A stretch of DNA of 64,000 nucleotides from Podarcis cretensis (lineage: Eukaryota): the NCBI GenBank assembly GCA_951804945.1, contig OX638153.1:30938001-31002000 (forward strand), in the 5' to 3' direction. Made by a program: the position numbers and the translations under genes. The notes beneath the pieces were generated by a model, which was given only the letters and a program-made list of their open reading frames with translations, had not been told where the DNA came from and did not search any database. Positions 51,378 to 63,508 of this stretch are shown in pieces (position 1 is the first letter of the stretch; each line of letters opens with the position of its first letter).

Positions 51378-51472
51378 TAGGGCTAGCAAAGTGACCCCCA
51401 CTTGAAGTCGTTGGACTATAACTCCCCTGACCCCTGACTCTGGCTGCAGTTGATGGGAGTTGGCTTTCCCTG
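51378..51472. mobile_element. hAT-superfamily MITE, 95 bp
   Basis: Exact 8-bp TSD ctttagac (51370-51377 and 51473-51480); ends taggg...ccctg; internal gttggactataactccc / gatgggagttg inverted motif. Confidence 0.8.
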
Positions 51473-52618
51473 CTTTAGACTGCTATTTGAGTCAAATTAG
51501 ATAGGGGGAAAGACAAATTAAGGTCTCTTATAAATAAACTTGAAGACTGTATTCTTAAGAAATATTTGTATTTCACGTTAGACACAAATCCTCTCCAGGG
51601 CTCCCCCTGCCCCACTACAATGTCCTGTGTAAAAAAGTCTGCTACTTGACATTAATTGTTATGTATGTTACCGAAAGTGTCAATAGAAAAGGACCATTTA
51701 GTTCCAGACACTGCTATATTGTCATTTAATTTGAGAGATATTCCTTCTACAGGCACAAGGTCATGCAGTGAAGGTGATCCAGTACATAATCTCAGATGCT
51801 AGTGGGGATTTCCATTTCTGTAATACCATATCATTCTTCTTTCCTTCTTGTTATTAATGTACTAGGCAGGATTTTTTTCCGCCTCCTCTACTGCTTATAT
51901 TGTCTCATGTGAAGGAAAGCTTTAATATAAAATCTGGAACGATGTGTGTGCAGTTCCTACAACCATCTGTATTAATCAGTGACTTCGCTCTTCTCCAGCT
52001 ACTTATCAGCCTTTTAAGTTAAGATCAAGTGCTTTATTGGTCAAATATTTAACACACCCTTTATTAAGGAAGCAAAGTAATAATTTCCTGTAAGAGGTCC
52101 AGAATCGCTTATATTTACAACATCAGCAGCTGTGGTACCTTCTTCTAGCTTTCACAGTTCTGAGTTGGTACATGTTTGGATAGTGAACAAATGTTTCTGC
52201 ATTATTCAGAAGTGAATACTAACAAAAATAATTACTTTGCACATATCAACAACTGAGCCACTTGTCTCACACTGGTTTCTCCCTAACAGAGTCCCATCCG
52301 GAATGGAGAAATCACTCTCTCTCCTGTATTCCCCCTTTAACAATTTTGTAGTCCTGTACTGTATTCCAGTACTCTACAAATCTATGTTCAAATCAGATGT
52401 AAAAAAAATAACAAAAGATGTCCCCTCCCATCTTTGAAAGTATTGCACCTAGTTTGCCTTGTTCTGATATCTGCTTCCTCTTCTCTCTGTTCCAGTTCCC
52501 ACTTCCACTTCTTAATACAAAAAAACTGCAGACAAAAGAAGATTCAATTGGGATTATGTGGGAGATGTTCTCAATAGCTCTCTTAATCCTTAACAAGATG
52601 CCGATCTAAAGCTCTTAC

Positions 52619-52747
52619 CGGAGGAGAGTTCTCATAGATGTTTGTACTGTATGGCAGGTTGATGAAGATTGGGTCCATATCTTGCACATCTGTGATGGTG
52701 ATCGCTAGATTGGCCAAAGTAGAAAGTGGTTTGGTTTTATCTTGGTC
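52619..52747 (-). CDS. CDH23: CDH23 exon (human exon 8 equivalent), 129 nt, phase 0/0: DQDKTKPLSTLANLAITITDVQDMDPIFINLPYSTNIYENSPP
   Basis: Hand-translated, not in the ORF track. Acceptor ctcttcatttttaag|GAC, donor CCG|gtaaga; CDH23-typical DVQDMDP linker. Confidence 0.97.
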
Positions 52748-52883
52748 CTTAAAAATGAAGAGAGGGAAAATATTGAAAGAGAATTAAATAGAAAACAATT
52801 AAAACCATTTCCCTTTCACATCTTTTCATTGCTGTCTCCTACAGCAAAGTTCTAGCTGTAGAAATGAACCTAAAAGCTGCCAT

Positions 52884-53716
52884 ATTTATTACAATTACGA
52901 TTTACCCATCCTTCACCCTATGGCCCCAGGGCAGGTTACAACAATTAAAACACAATGTTAAAATTCATTTAAAACAATTTACAATCTCAAAAACAAAGTG
53001 GGTCTATATGGTGTCAAAAGACAGGCCACAGACATGCGTATTCAGCATTTGCTGGAGGTGATATAACAAAGACGCCAGACACGTTTCAGTGGAGAGGGAG
53101 TTCCACAATTTCGGGGCTGCCACAGAGAAGACCCTCTCCTGCCCCTGAGCTTCTGATGGTGGTAGAACAACCAAGAGGCCCCTTTTGCCAATCTTAACAC
53201 CAGAGGGGGTCTGTAGGCAAGGAAGTTGTATTTCAGGTATTTGGGACCTGAGTCATTCAGGGCTTTATACATGAACATGAGCACCTTGAATTGGGCCCTG
53301 AAAGAAACTGGCAATCAGTGCTAAAGTTTTCGGATCGGGGTTTAAGCGAAATCTAAACAGAATTCCAGATAGTAATCCGACTGCTGCAATTTTGGGCCAA
53401 CTGCAGTTTGCAAGTCATCTTCGACGGCAGCCGTATGTGGAGCACACTGCAATAATTTAGTCTGGGAGTTACTAGAGCATGGAGTGCAGTGGCCAAGCCA
53501 TTTCTGTTCAAAAGGGCTGGAGATGGGGAAAATCACTCAAAGCCACTGCAGTGGCCTACGTCTCCAGTGAAAGGGTAAAATCCAGGAGCACCCCAAGCTG
53601 CGAACTTGCTCCTTCCAGGGGGAGTGCAACCTGCAGCCCCGCCTCTCAAACCTGAGAATTTGGGACACATAACACCTCTGTCTTTTCAGGATTCAGCTTC
53701 AGTTCATCCAGCCCAT
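52884..53716 (-). mobile_element. L2 LINE 3' fragment filling most of the 1.06-kb intron between the exon 7 and exon 8 equivalents
   Basis: ORF-track remnant PVSFRAQFKVLMFMYKALNDSGPKYL is a typical L2 ORF2 C-terminus; tttatt tail at 52884. Confidence 0.85.
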
Positions 53717-53810
53717 CAGATAATGGCAGTGTGAATGGAAGATCTAGTCTCCTTGCTGCAGATGCTTAAGATTTGTCTAGAACAAAGGAAGCAGGAAGCC
53801 TCCTACTCAC

Positions 53811-54005
53811 TGTAGCGTTGACCTGAAGTTGGTAGGCCTGCGTAACTTCGTAATCCAGGGCCCGAATGACTGACACAATGCCACGCCCACTGTCAATGGC
53901 AAAGAAGTTGGACGGAGGCTGGAAGGAATACAGCACACTTCCACCTGCTCCCTGGTCTGGATCTGTGGCATTCACTATGAAAATCGGAGTTCCCACTGGT
54001 GTGTT
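53811..54005 (-). CDS. CDH23: CDH23 exon (human exon 7 equivalent), 195 nt, phase 0/0: NTPVGTPIFIVNATDPDQGAGGSVLYSFQPPSNFFAIDSGRGIVSVIRALDYEVTQAYQLQVNAT
   Basis: Acceptor ttctttctag|AAC, donor ACA|gtgagt; overlaps ORF 53766..53996; DPD and LDYE motifs. Confidence 0.97.
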
Positions 54006-54944
54006 CTAGAAAGAACAACAGTTTAAAAAATAATTTAAAAAAAAATACACATGCTAAATAAGCAGAAGTGCCTCTCTAGAACCACATTTTTCATTAAAAG
54101 GAGAAAAGAAAAATAAGGATTGCATTCCTGCATGAGAAACATTACCCAAAGATTCCAGGGAAACATTTTATTTCTGCAGTGTCTGTATGTAATATAACTG
54201 CCTGTTCTGAGAACCATTAAGCATGGAATTTTTCACTACACCATTGAAGGAAATTCCGGAGTGCCAGTTACTCTTCTTGGCAATCTCCGTAGCCACCCCC
54301 CCCCCAGACTATATACCCTTTCTCAGACTATAACATGCTAATGGAATTTTAACCCTTACCCATGTACTCTAATGTAACTGGCCTCTTCTTCTGCTTAGCT
54401 TATTTGGTGGGTTTTTCTCTGAGAAAATGTCATTTATTTGGCATGCAGAAGATTGGCAAATAGTTACTCTGGAGATGGTATCACTGTGTTTGCTGTGCTT
54501 CGGTTCTGCTCCACTACACCACTGAACTTCTCTTCACAAACATAAAAAAAACCCACAAACTGTATAATCTGTGAAACTTTGCTATGCACAGGTTGTCATC
54601 CTAGTGTAAAAAACAAAACCCTTCTTCAGTGCATAAGGAAAGATAATGCAATTGAAGGATGTTTTGGCAAGAATCTTCGGTTCAAGAAAACCCTAAACAT
54701 TAGAAAAGAAAAGCTAAGAATCTGTAATGAGCACAACCTTATTATATCTGGTAAATGTCCAAAGGTCCATGATTCTGTTCTGCTGCTGAAGTTAAGTAGG
54801 CTTGCCCCCCACCCCCCCAATAAACTGCATAAGTGCATTGCTCTGATGTCTTTGGAGAATGGGATATTCAATATAAAACAAATATGTAAAATAAACACAG
54901 AGCATTCTGGGACCTCTTAAATAGGCAAAACTATGTCAACATAA

Positions 54945-55306
54945 GGGACGCAGGTGGCGCTGTGGGTTAAAGCCTCAGCGCCTAGGACTTGCCGATCGAA
55001 AGGTCGGCGGTTCGAATCCCTGCGGCGGGGTGCGCTCCCGCTGCTCGGTCCCAGCGCCTGCCAACCTAGCAGTTCGAAAGCACCTCCGGGTGCAAGTAGA
55101 TAAATAGGGACCGCTTACCAGCGGGAAGGTAAACGGCGTTTCCGTGTGCGGCTCTGGCTCGCCAGAGCAGCGATGTCATGCTGGCCACGTGACCCGGAAG
55201 TGTCTCCGGACAGCGCTGGCCCCCGGCCTCTTGAGTGAGATGGGCGCACAACCCCAGAGTCTGTCAAGACTGGCCCGTACGGGCAGGGGTACCTTTACCT
55301 TTACCT
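54945..55306 (+). mobile_element. Sauria SINE (Squam1), full length, young-looking variant
   Basis: Head gggacgcaggtggcgctgtgggttaaa, B box ggttcgaatcc, (ACCTTT)n tail; 11-bp TSD tatgtcaacat at 54932-54942 and 55307-55317; CpGs largely intact. Confidence 0.95.
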
Positions 55307-57095
55307 TATGTCAACATCAGCCAGAATGGCTCCCTTCCATCATTGCCTGAGTTGGGGCTTTGATGTTTTCCTTGAAATGGCAAGCAGGGCAGCCGTGCAG
55401 CCATCAATCATGGTGCTTCTGTTGCACTTTGATCCTTGTAGCTGTTGTGCATGCTGGAGAGGGATGGGGAAATGGATGCCAGCAGAGAAGTGAGTGAGCA
55501 GTGCTTTGGCACATGAGTTGATGAAACAAGCTCAGCATCCGAGGTACTGCTTAATACACCTCCACTGAAGGGCCGCAGGGTCCTCACCAGCATTGTGAAA
55601 AACCCAGAGGACCCATGGAGGCCCACAAAGCTGCAGAACTACCTTCAGGCACCAGGCTATAACCAAAACCTTTGGGTCTTAACTGAACTCAGCTTAAATA
55701 TGCATTTATTGGATGTTGTTTTATTATTCTGTTTGTTGAGCAGCTGCTCTTAACCCCCCCCCCCCCGGTATGTTACCTTCTTGCTATATTACTGGTCTGT
55801 TAGGTGTTTTTTTTTAAAAAAAACACCCAATATCTATTATGATGCATTGATGTTTTACCATTATCTGCTATTAGAAGCTTTGAGGTATTTATAAGATAAA
55901 GCAGGGTGTAAGTCTTTAAAACAAGCCAGTCAAAATGAAATAGTGCTGTATGGGTGGTTCATAAAGTTTGTTTTCTGTCTCATTCTTGCCAGCATCGGTT
56001 CCCTTGCAAATCTAGAACTTTCTGCCAGCTTAATATCTGTACCAATCCAAACATACTCTAGCATCATTTTAAAGCTAGTTTGTTTCTAACAAAATGTATG
56101 AACTCTACTCATTCTCTGAGAAGAGCTTAATTACTTTTGTCATGCTTTACCCTATCTGAGTGTTAAGACTCAAACCATTACAAATTAACTATTAACATGG
56201 AGGAAGGAAGGCATTACAAATAGTAGCAGACTCAGATGAGGTCTTGAGTGCATTGTTCACCATAAGAATAGAAATAATATTCAGAAGGATAAAGCTGCTC
56301 TTGGTTAATACACATAGTCTTCTTTTTGACATGCAAATCTGCTCTGGTCACCAGTGATTATCAGCCTGGCTGGCTGCAAAAGTGAAGAGTTGGATTTCAG
56401 CGTCATTGTGCTTCATACAAAAGGCCTTAATGTCAGGCTTTGAAGAGAATTTGTTCTCTAACCCCCAGGCAGTTCAGACTAAGCACTGGGGTCACAAATG
56501 TCATACGGGTTTGGTCCTTATTTTGTCATACCAGTAGATGAGAGAGCATCTTACGGCAAAGATTTTTCTCACTTTTAAACTGTAAGGTCAATTGATCATC
56601 TCCTATTTGGCCAGATTTCCCTTTTGGTTTTGGCCTTAGAGGGGAAAATATATAAGAACAAGGCTTGAAACATAAACTTTTTTTATTTAAGCTGTACAGG
56701 AGAGAGTCTTTTGCATTTGTACAGTGTTTATTAAAAATGATATGCTACTTAAAACAAACAAACCAACAAGCCTCTAAGAGGTGTACATAAAACAATATAA
56801 AACATTCTACTGTGTATTTTGGAAAGTGACTTGTCCGTTTGGACGCCTCTAGAGATATTGCCATAAAACTTGGCACAAAGGTTCCTGAGGTGGGGGTGGC
56901 AGTCTTTGTCAATGCTTTGCACACTGGCCACCATTCTGAATCAAGATGGCAGACCAAAACATGACTTTTGCGCGACTTCACTCATTTTTGGCACAGGTTT
57001 GCATGTCCCAGGGTTGATCCCCAGCATCACCAGAGCTGAGTTAGACATATCTATGTGAGAGTACTCAGAGTTGCAGTTTTATAGCTTCTTGCAGG

Positions 57096-57118
57096 GTGTG
57101 TGTGTGTGTGTGTGTGTG
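57096..57118. repeat. (TG)n microsatellite
   Basis: Direct reading. Confidence 0.93.
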
Positions 57119-58448
57119 CTTTTGGGGGGATATAATGAGCCACAGCACCCACAAACACTTCCTCATTGATGTTACTGTCAGGATCAAATCCTTAGGCATA
57201 TTCACCACTGAAGCTGCCCTGACCACAGTCAATGAAAAATACTGCTCACGTAAAAATTCTGGATCACAACCTGCCTGATTACCGGTAGTTACAACTGTTA
57301 ACTTGACAAAAGATAGTGATGCCAATGGAAAACATGTCAATAACAAGTGCCTACATCTGTAATATTTGCTTTCTGAATAACAAGAAAATTGCTTTCCCCT
57401 ACAATGAAAACATACTTAACTCTTTCACAGGCATTCACTTCTTAGTGCCTCTTTACATATCCTACTGCAGCTCAACGCCTATGTCAGACACCATGAAACT
57501 GAGACAAAATCTGTACTGGCATTTACATTTTTTTGCACAGTATTTACCACTGCAAATGTCTTTAGACTGACAATGTTTGCACTTAACAGTGAAAAATTCA
57601 ATGTAGTCTTGCCAGAATGACTTGAGTCAACACTAGAAACATGCAAATGTACACAACGCCTCGCTGAAAAATTAAACGTCCAAATATACTTTAAATGTTG
57701 TAGATAACCAGAGGGATAATTAAGCACCTTATAATCCTCACTGTATTTATTTTCTAAGTGATGATCTGCAATGTTTAAAGTATATTATAAAGCTCACTCT
57801 TAGTGAGGAACCTCCTAATCTTCCCTTCCAATATGGAAGTCAGGTAACTTCATGCAGATCATTTTGGAAATAGAACAGAGCCACATTCAAACTAAGGAGA
57901 ACTGCAGGATACTCAGGGAATCCCAATGCATTTATTCTGAACCTCCCTCACACAAAAAGGGGTACAAAAACATGTTTTTCATCCTCTTATTATTATTCTG
58001 TGACTATCTTCATATGTTCTGGTTAGAGCTCATGTGAGATGGATTCTTTCTTTAAACAGTTATTCTGAGACAGACACTGGCATGGAGATGTCAGCAGCTA
58101 CTGCCACACTAACCTAAAACAACACCTGAGCCGCTCTCTCAGTCCATCTCCTATCAGACCCACAAAATGTAACTGAGGGAAACAGGGTAAGAGGGTGCTC
58201 TGAGACATCATTCCCTCTAATAAGACACACACACAGGGACACAGTGAAACGTTTAGTTACATGTCCCATTTTTATCTGCCTGCAGCCAATAATCAAGTCC
58301 ATTAACTCTGCAAACATGTTGATGGCAAGAATGCAGTTCCAAGAACCATCTGAGACTTGGTGGGGCAATCCCATGTGTTAAGTTATTGCAACCTTGTTTA
58401 CCCTTGAAGTGGGAGGGGGAAAACAGATGTTCAAATGCTTAATTTCTG

Positions 58449-58473
58449 CATCATCATCATCATCATCACCATC
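58449..58473. repeat. (CAT)n microsatellite
   Basis: Direct reading. Confidence 0.9.
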
Positions 58474-58952
58474 AATACATAATGCACCTTACCTTGCTGC
58501 ATTGCATCAAAGAACTTCTCTTCCTAGACTATGTTCCTAGACCAGGCTAAGGAGAAAAGTGTTTCACTTGTGGGGCACATGAGAGGGCTCAGCTCCCCTC
58601 ATCCAAGGGTACAGATCATAAATAGTGGAAACCTCCTCAACTTTTGATAAGAATGTAGTACATGAAGCCATATTTCAGAAAAGTGAAAATCCGGAAACAA
58701 ACGTCGTTGAGCTTTTTTTTTTTGGCCAAAGTTGTTCAGCTATTTTTAAGGAAATGCACCAAAATCTAGACTTCCGACATAGGTTGACATACATCTAGAT
58801 TTTCCAAGACATTTCAGCAGTTTCCACCGCCCTGACATTGCTTCCGACTGCAGTATTCCAGCTATGTCTGGAAAATTCTGGATGTATGGCAACCCTAACA
58901 TGGAGGTACTTAATCCACAGAGACTCTTCTCCAAGTGTCACCTCAGTAAATA

Positions 58953-59191
58953 CAGTGGTACCTCAGATACAAATGCCTCAGGTTACAAATGCTTCAGGTT
59001 ACAAACTCCACTAACCTGGAAGAGTTACCTTGAGTTGAGAACTTTGCCCCAGGATGAGAACCGAAATCATGTGCTGGCAGTGCAGCGGCAGCAAGAGCCC
59101 CATTAGCAAAAGCATGCCTCTAGTTAAGAACAGTTTCAGGTTAAGAATGGACCTCCGGAACGAATTAAGTTTGTAACTAGAGGTACCACTG
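58953..59191. mobile_element. Tigger/pogo-like MITE (second family with the same TIR ends)
   Basis: Perfect 12-bp TIRs cagtggtacctc / gaggtaccactg with TA on both flanks; internal caggttacaaa repeats. Confidence 0.88.
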
Positions 59192-60343
59192 TAGATGGAG
59201 CATCATGTGTTGCCATCTTTTAGCAAACTCCTCAGAGCCTCAGCACAAGAAAGGGGGCTTGTGGCTCCCAGGGACAGAGAGGTCCCATCCCATAACTGGA
59301 AGTCATTTTGGCTCCTATAGGAACACTGAGAGGTTATTAATTATGTGGTCAGAGTAGAGACTATCCCATCTGCTTTCTTTCATACAGCTCTGAAGAACTA
59401 TGAATTGGACAGATTGAGTGCCAGGGACCCAAATCCTTCCTGGGTATACTGAATAACCTGACATAGGGAGACCTCCAAGTACTGCCTTGGTATTCTGGAG
59501 CAGGAAACCCTGCTCTAACTGATGTGAAATATATCAGGGCTTTACAAGAGAGGATTGAATCCAGCAAACCTCTACCACGAATAAATTGGACTTTAAGAGC
59601 ACAACAAGACAGCTACTGTACAGAAGCTATGTCAGTGTACAGAAACATTAGGCAGGCGAGCACAATAAAGATGCCGCTCAAAGAATAAACCTCTGAGCAG
59701 AACAGATCTGCACTGTGCCTTTAAGAGCTCTCCACCGTATCAAAATCATTTCACGGGCCACGAGCTGCAGAACACCTAGAACGTGACTCATTCCAACAGT
59801 CTCATCCAACTGGCCTAATGCCAAATGCCCATCTGTGTGAAGGAGAGATAGCCTATATCACACAAGTTGACTCTTCTGTAACGGGATAAGCATTGGATGA
59901 TAATAAAGTTGAGGGCATAAGGAGGGAGTTTTTTTATTTTTAAAAAAAGAATTTCCCAGCTGCCCATTTCATTAAAACAATCAGAAAATCATTTTGTTTT
60001 TAATTTTCAATTAAATTCTTTTCAGGCACTTAAAATCAGTCAGGGTGCTCTGCTGTAGGTATGAAATTTTAGAACCATAACTCCCCCCCCCCAAGATAAT
60101 TGGTTTTCAAAGATACCCAGCATCAATGTTTTACAACAACAACGGAAAGCATGCCTATATGCTTTCTTTGAAAGGAGTTTCATGCTGAGATGAACAAAGG
60201 GAATCCAGGAGCAGGTCTTGCCTAATAATTGTGTTTGTTTTGGGGCATCCACTGTGACACCACATCTGATGGTGTGGCAGTTAAAGAGAAATAATCCTTG
60301 TTAGCATATGAAAACACAGTACATATTTGGTACAAATGCTTTA

Positions 60344-60692
60344 GGTAAAAGTAAAGGGACCCCTGACCGTTAAGTCCAGTTGCGGAAGACTTTGGGATTG
60401 CAGCGCTTATCTTGCTTTACTGGCGGAGAGAGCTGGCACTTGTCCACAGACAGCTTCTGGGTCATGTGGCCAGCATGACTAAGCTGCTTCTGGTGCACCA
60501 GAACAGCACACGAAAATGCCGTTTACCTTCCCGCCAGAGCGGTACCTATTTATCTACTTGCAGTTTGACGTGCTTTCAAACTGCTAGATTGGCAGGAGCA
60601 GGGACTGAGCAACAGGAGCTCACCCCGTCGCGGGGATTCGAACCACCAACTTTCTGATCGGCAAGCCCTAGGCTCTGTGGTTTAGACCACAG
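60344..60692 (-). mobile_element. Sauria SINE (Squam1), slightly 5'-truncated
   Basis: Tail ggtaaaagtaaagggacccc; 7-bp TSD tgcttta at 60337-60343 and 60693-60699. Confidence 0.92.
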
Positions 60693-60958
60693 TGCTTTAC
60701 GGCCATATATGTAAATGCACTCTGGGTTTTAAAGGCAGCTAAAATGGATGAAACAAAACACAAAGGCTCCACACTGACATCACATTTGCTTTCCACAAAT
60801 CCAAAGAGCTATTTAGGACTGAGGCCCAAACAATAACTCTTCAGCTTTCCTCTTAGAACTATACAGACCTTAACTGCTTTACAGTATGTTTTTTGCATAT
60901 TCTTTGCATATAATATGCACACCTTCCAAATAGCCACACCTCAAATATGCACACCACA

Positions 60959-60960
<2 letters not shown>

Positions 60961-60989
<29 letters not shown>
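60961..60989. repeat. (GT)n microsatellite
   Basis: Direct reading. Confidence 0.95.
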
Positions 60990-60991
<2 letters not shown>

Positions 60992-61195
60992 CACCCTGAC
61001 TTTGGAATACTCTCTGCATGATTGCTGATACTACAATATTTTCAGCAGCCTAGGGTTAATATGTGTTTGTTTGCTTAGGCATTTTAAATTAGTTTTATGG
61101 CCTCTGTTTGCTTAACACTTCTGCAGTTGCCTTGCTGCCTTTCAATTTAATTGCCTGTATGAAGGATACTATGTTGTTTTATTTTATCAGGGTGG

Positions 61196-61269
61196 GTTTT
61201 GTTTTGTTTTGTTTTGTTTTGTTTTGTTTTGTTTTGTTTTGTTTTGTTTTGTTTTGTTTTGTTTTGTTT
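61196..61269. repeat. (GTTTT)n pentanucleotide microsatellite, about 15 units
   Basis: Direct reading; explains the FVLFC-repeat ORF 61108..61305. Confidence 0.97.
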
Positions 61270-61423
61270 CTAATAGCACACTGCCCTGGAATCTTTCTAA
61301 ATTAAGAATAGTTAAGGGGGGCGGGGGATGTAGAAAACAAAAGAACAAGTTCCTCTGGGTTGTTTCCTTGTAACTATGGATAGGATTTTTGCCCTAGCCT
61401 GTTGCTCCTGTAGCTACAGACAA

Positions 61424-61733
61424 GTAAAGGTAAAGGGACCCCTGACCGTTAGGTCCAGTTATGGATGACTCTGGGGTTGTGGCGCTCATCTCGCTTTACG
61501 GGTCATGTGGCCAGCATGACTAAGCCACTTCTGGCAAACCAGAGCAGCGCACAGAAATGCCGTTTACCTTCTCACTGGAAGGTATTTATCTACTTGCACT
61601 TTCAAACTGCTAGGTTGGCAGGAGCTTGGACCGAACAATGGGAGCTCACCCCGTCGTGGGGATTTGAACCACCAACCTTATGATCAGCAAGCCCTAGGCT
61701 CTGTGGATTAGACCACAGCGCCTCCCGCGTCCC
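61424..61733 (-). mobile_element. Sauria SINE (Squam1) with an internal deletion
   Basis: Tail gtaaaggtaaagggacccc and intact head cccgcgtccc; lacks the ~40-bp segment between tcgctttac and gggtcatgtg that other copies carry. Confidence 0.92.
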
Positions 61734-63508
61734 TCAGTGTTAATTTTATGTCCTGCCTTGAAAAGCTTTCAGGACCTCTTACAATGGAGAGCTCCTGTGA
61801 ATTCACAGAGTGCTTCCATATCCAGAAATGCCATGTGGCAATGCTAGTAATGTGAATCTAGCTTGAAAACAAAGGACGTAACTGGGCAACAACCAATGTC
61901 CAAACATCCCAGCATGATAGAGCACGGCTATATTAACATTTCCAGAAACAGGAGGCACATACAAGCTTAGACACTGTCTTATGAAGAAGCAGTGGCCTCC
62001 TTTCTACCAAAGCAAGTTCTATAATAATCACACTGGAAGAATGGAATAGGAACGGCCATCTTAGCTCCTGCTTTTTTTACATGAATAAGGAGCAGGCAGC
62101 ATTCCCAAAGCACTCACTGCCCAGCCACAATCTCCTCAGTCTTGGTCCAAGACAACCATAAAAAGAAACTTTTACCACACCTGTGACAGATTGCGGGAAG
62201 GCCCAAATTTCGTTGGTGCCATTTCGTTTTATGGCCCTAATAAACCTCAGGGCCTACTGCAGCTCACCCTGGTAACAAGCCTGCTGGCCTTTAACTATAC
62301 ACTCACAAACAGGACCTCCATATGGCCCTTCCAGGGCAAAGTCACCCCACAATGGACAATGAGAAGCTGGTAAAAATGATTAGGATGCAAAGGCACACAC
62401 ATTGTACCAAATGCAAATAATGTGTAAACGGCAGGCAATCTGGCTGAACAGCTGTCTGAAGGTCGATGAAATGAGAGGAGGTAATGGAAATGGACTGACA
62501 AGCGTATATTGACAGGCTAAGGTAGAACAACATGCAGGTCAAGCCAAAGTCCTTTCTGCAATTCTTTCTAGAACTGGTTTCCAACTCCTTTCAGACTTTA
62601 GGCCCAAAATTTCAACAGTTGAAGTTATCTTTCTTGCTCTCCCCCGCCTCTGCCATCCATAGGCCAAATTCAAGGAGAGCACAAAACAGCACATTCAAGT
62701 GTTCATTTTTCACCCCTCCATAACAGAATCAGCTAAACTTTTCATAACTACATCTAGTACCACAGAAAAGAATGCTACTGCGGTTAAATCTCTTCTCATA
62801 AATACCTGTTGGCACATCGTTGAGGGAAAAAATCCATAGCTGAGTATTCCGTACCTCAGCTTCCCCTTCAAGCGGGAAACACACTCCTTTCTTCTACTGA
62901 TGTTTGAATTCATTAAGCAGTAATGAATTTGGGTTCTCTGGAGTGGGTTGCAAATCAATTTAAAATCAATACCTCAGGAGCCTCAATCACACACCTTCTG
63001 TTTGCTACCCATGATGCACCAACTAAGCAAACTTGGTTGCTCCACTTGGTTGGTCCACTCCTTTCATTAGAAAATTAAGAATAAATCTGAAATGGTAACA
63101 AAAGGTGCTGCTGGTGCCATCTGTATTAGAGTACAATCCACTTGTGAGTTTCAGTACATCAGCTGAAGACCAATTAAAAGCAAGTTCTCCAGCTGTCCAT
63201 CCAGACATTGAGATCTGTGATTCCTTCCCCCATGCCCCAGCATTGAAATCTATCAAACAATGAAATAACCCAAGGCACCAGCAAAATAGATTCCAAAGAA
63301 AACTTGAGGGAGATAGGCTTTCTTTTACTTTCTAGGTCGGATTTTAGAATAGTGTTGCACCATGGCACTCCAATCCCCAAGTGGTATGAGATTCCAGGGG
63401 TTTCCAGGCACTTACCCAGAGATTGGCTTCCTCAGAATGAGGGACAGCGGAAACTATGGTGTTGTCATGATATATGGTTTATTTGCATATATGTACAACC
63501 TGAGCCTA

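Noticed and set aside
54945-55030. tRNA-like A/B box sequences here and in other SINE heads
   Set aside because: They are SINE heads continuing into SINE bodies, not tRNA genes.
61108-61305. Hydrophobic FVLFC-repeat ORF
   Set aside because: Translation of the (GTTTT)n microsatellite.
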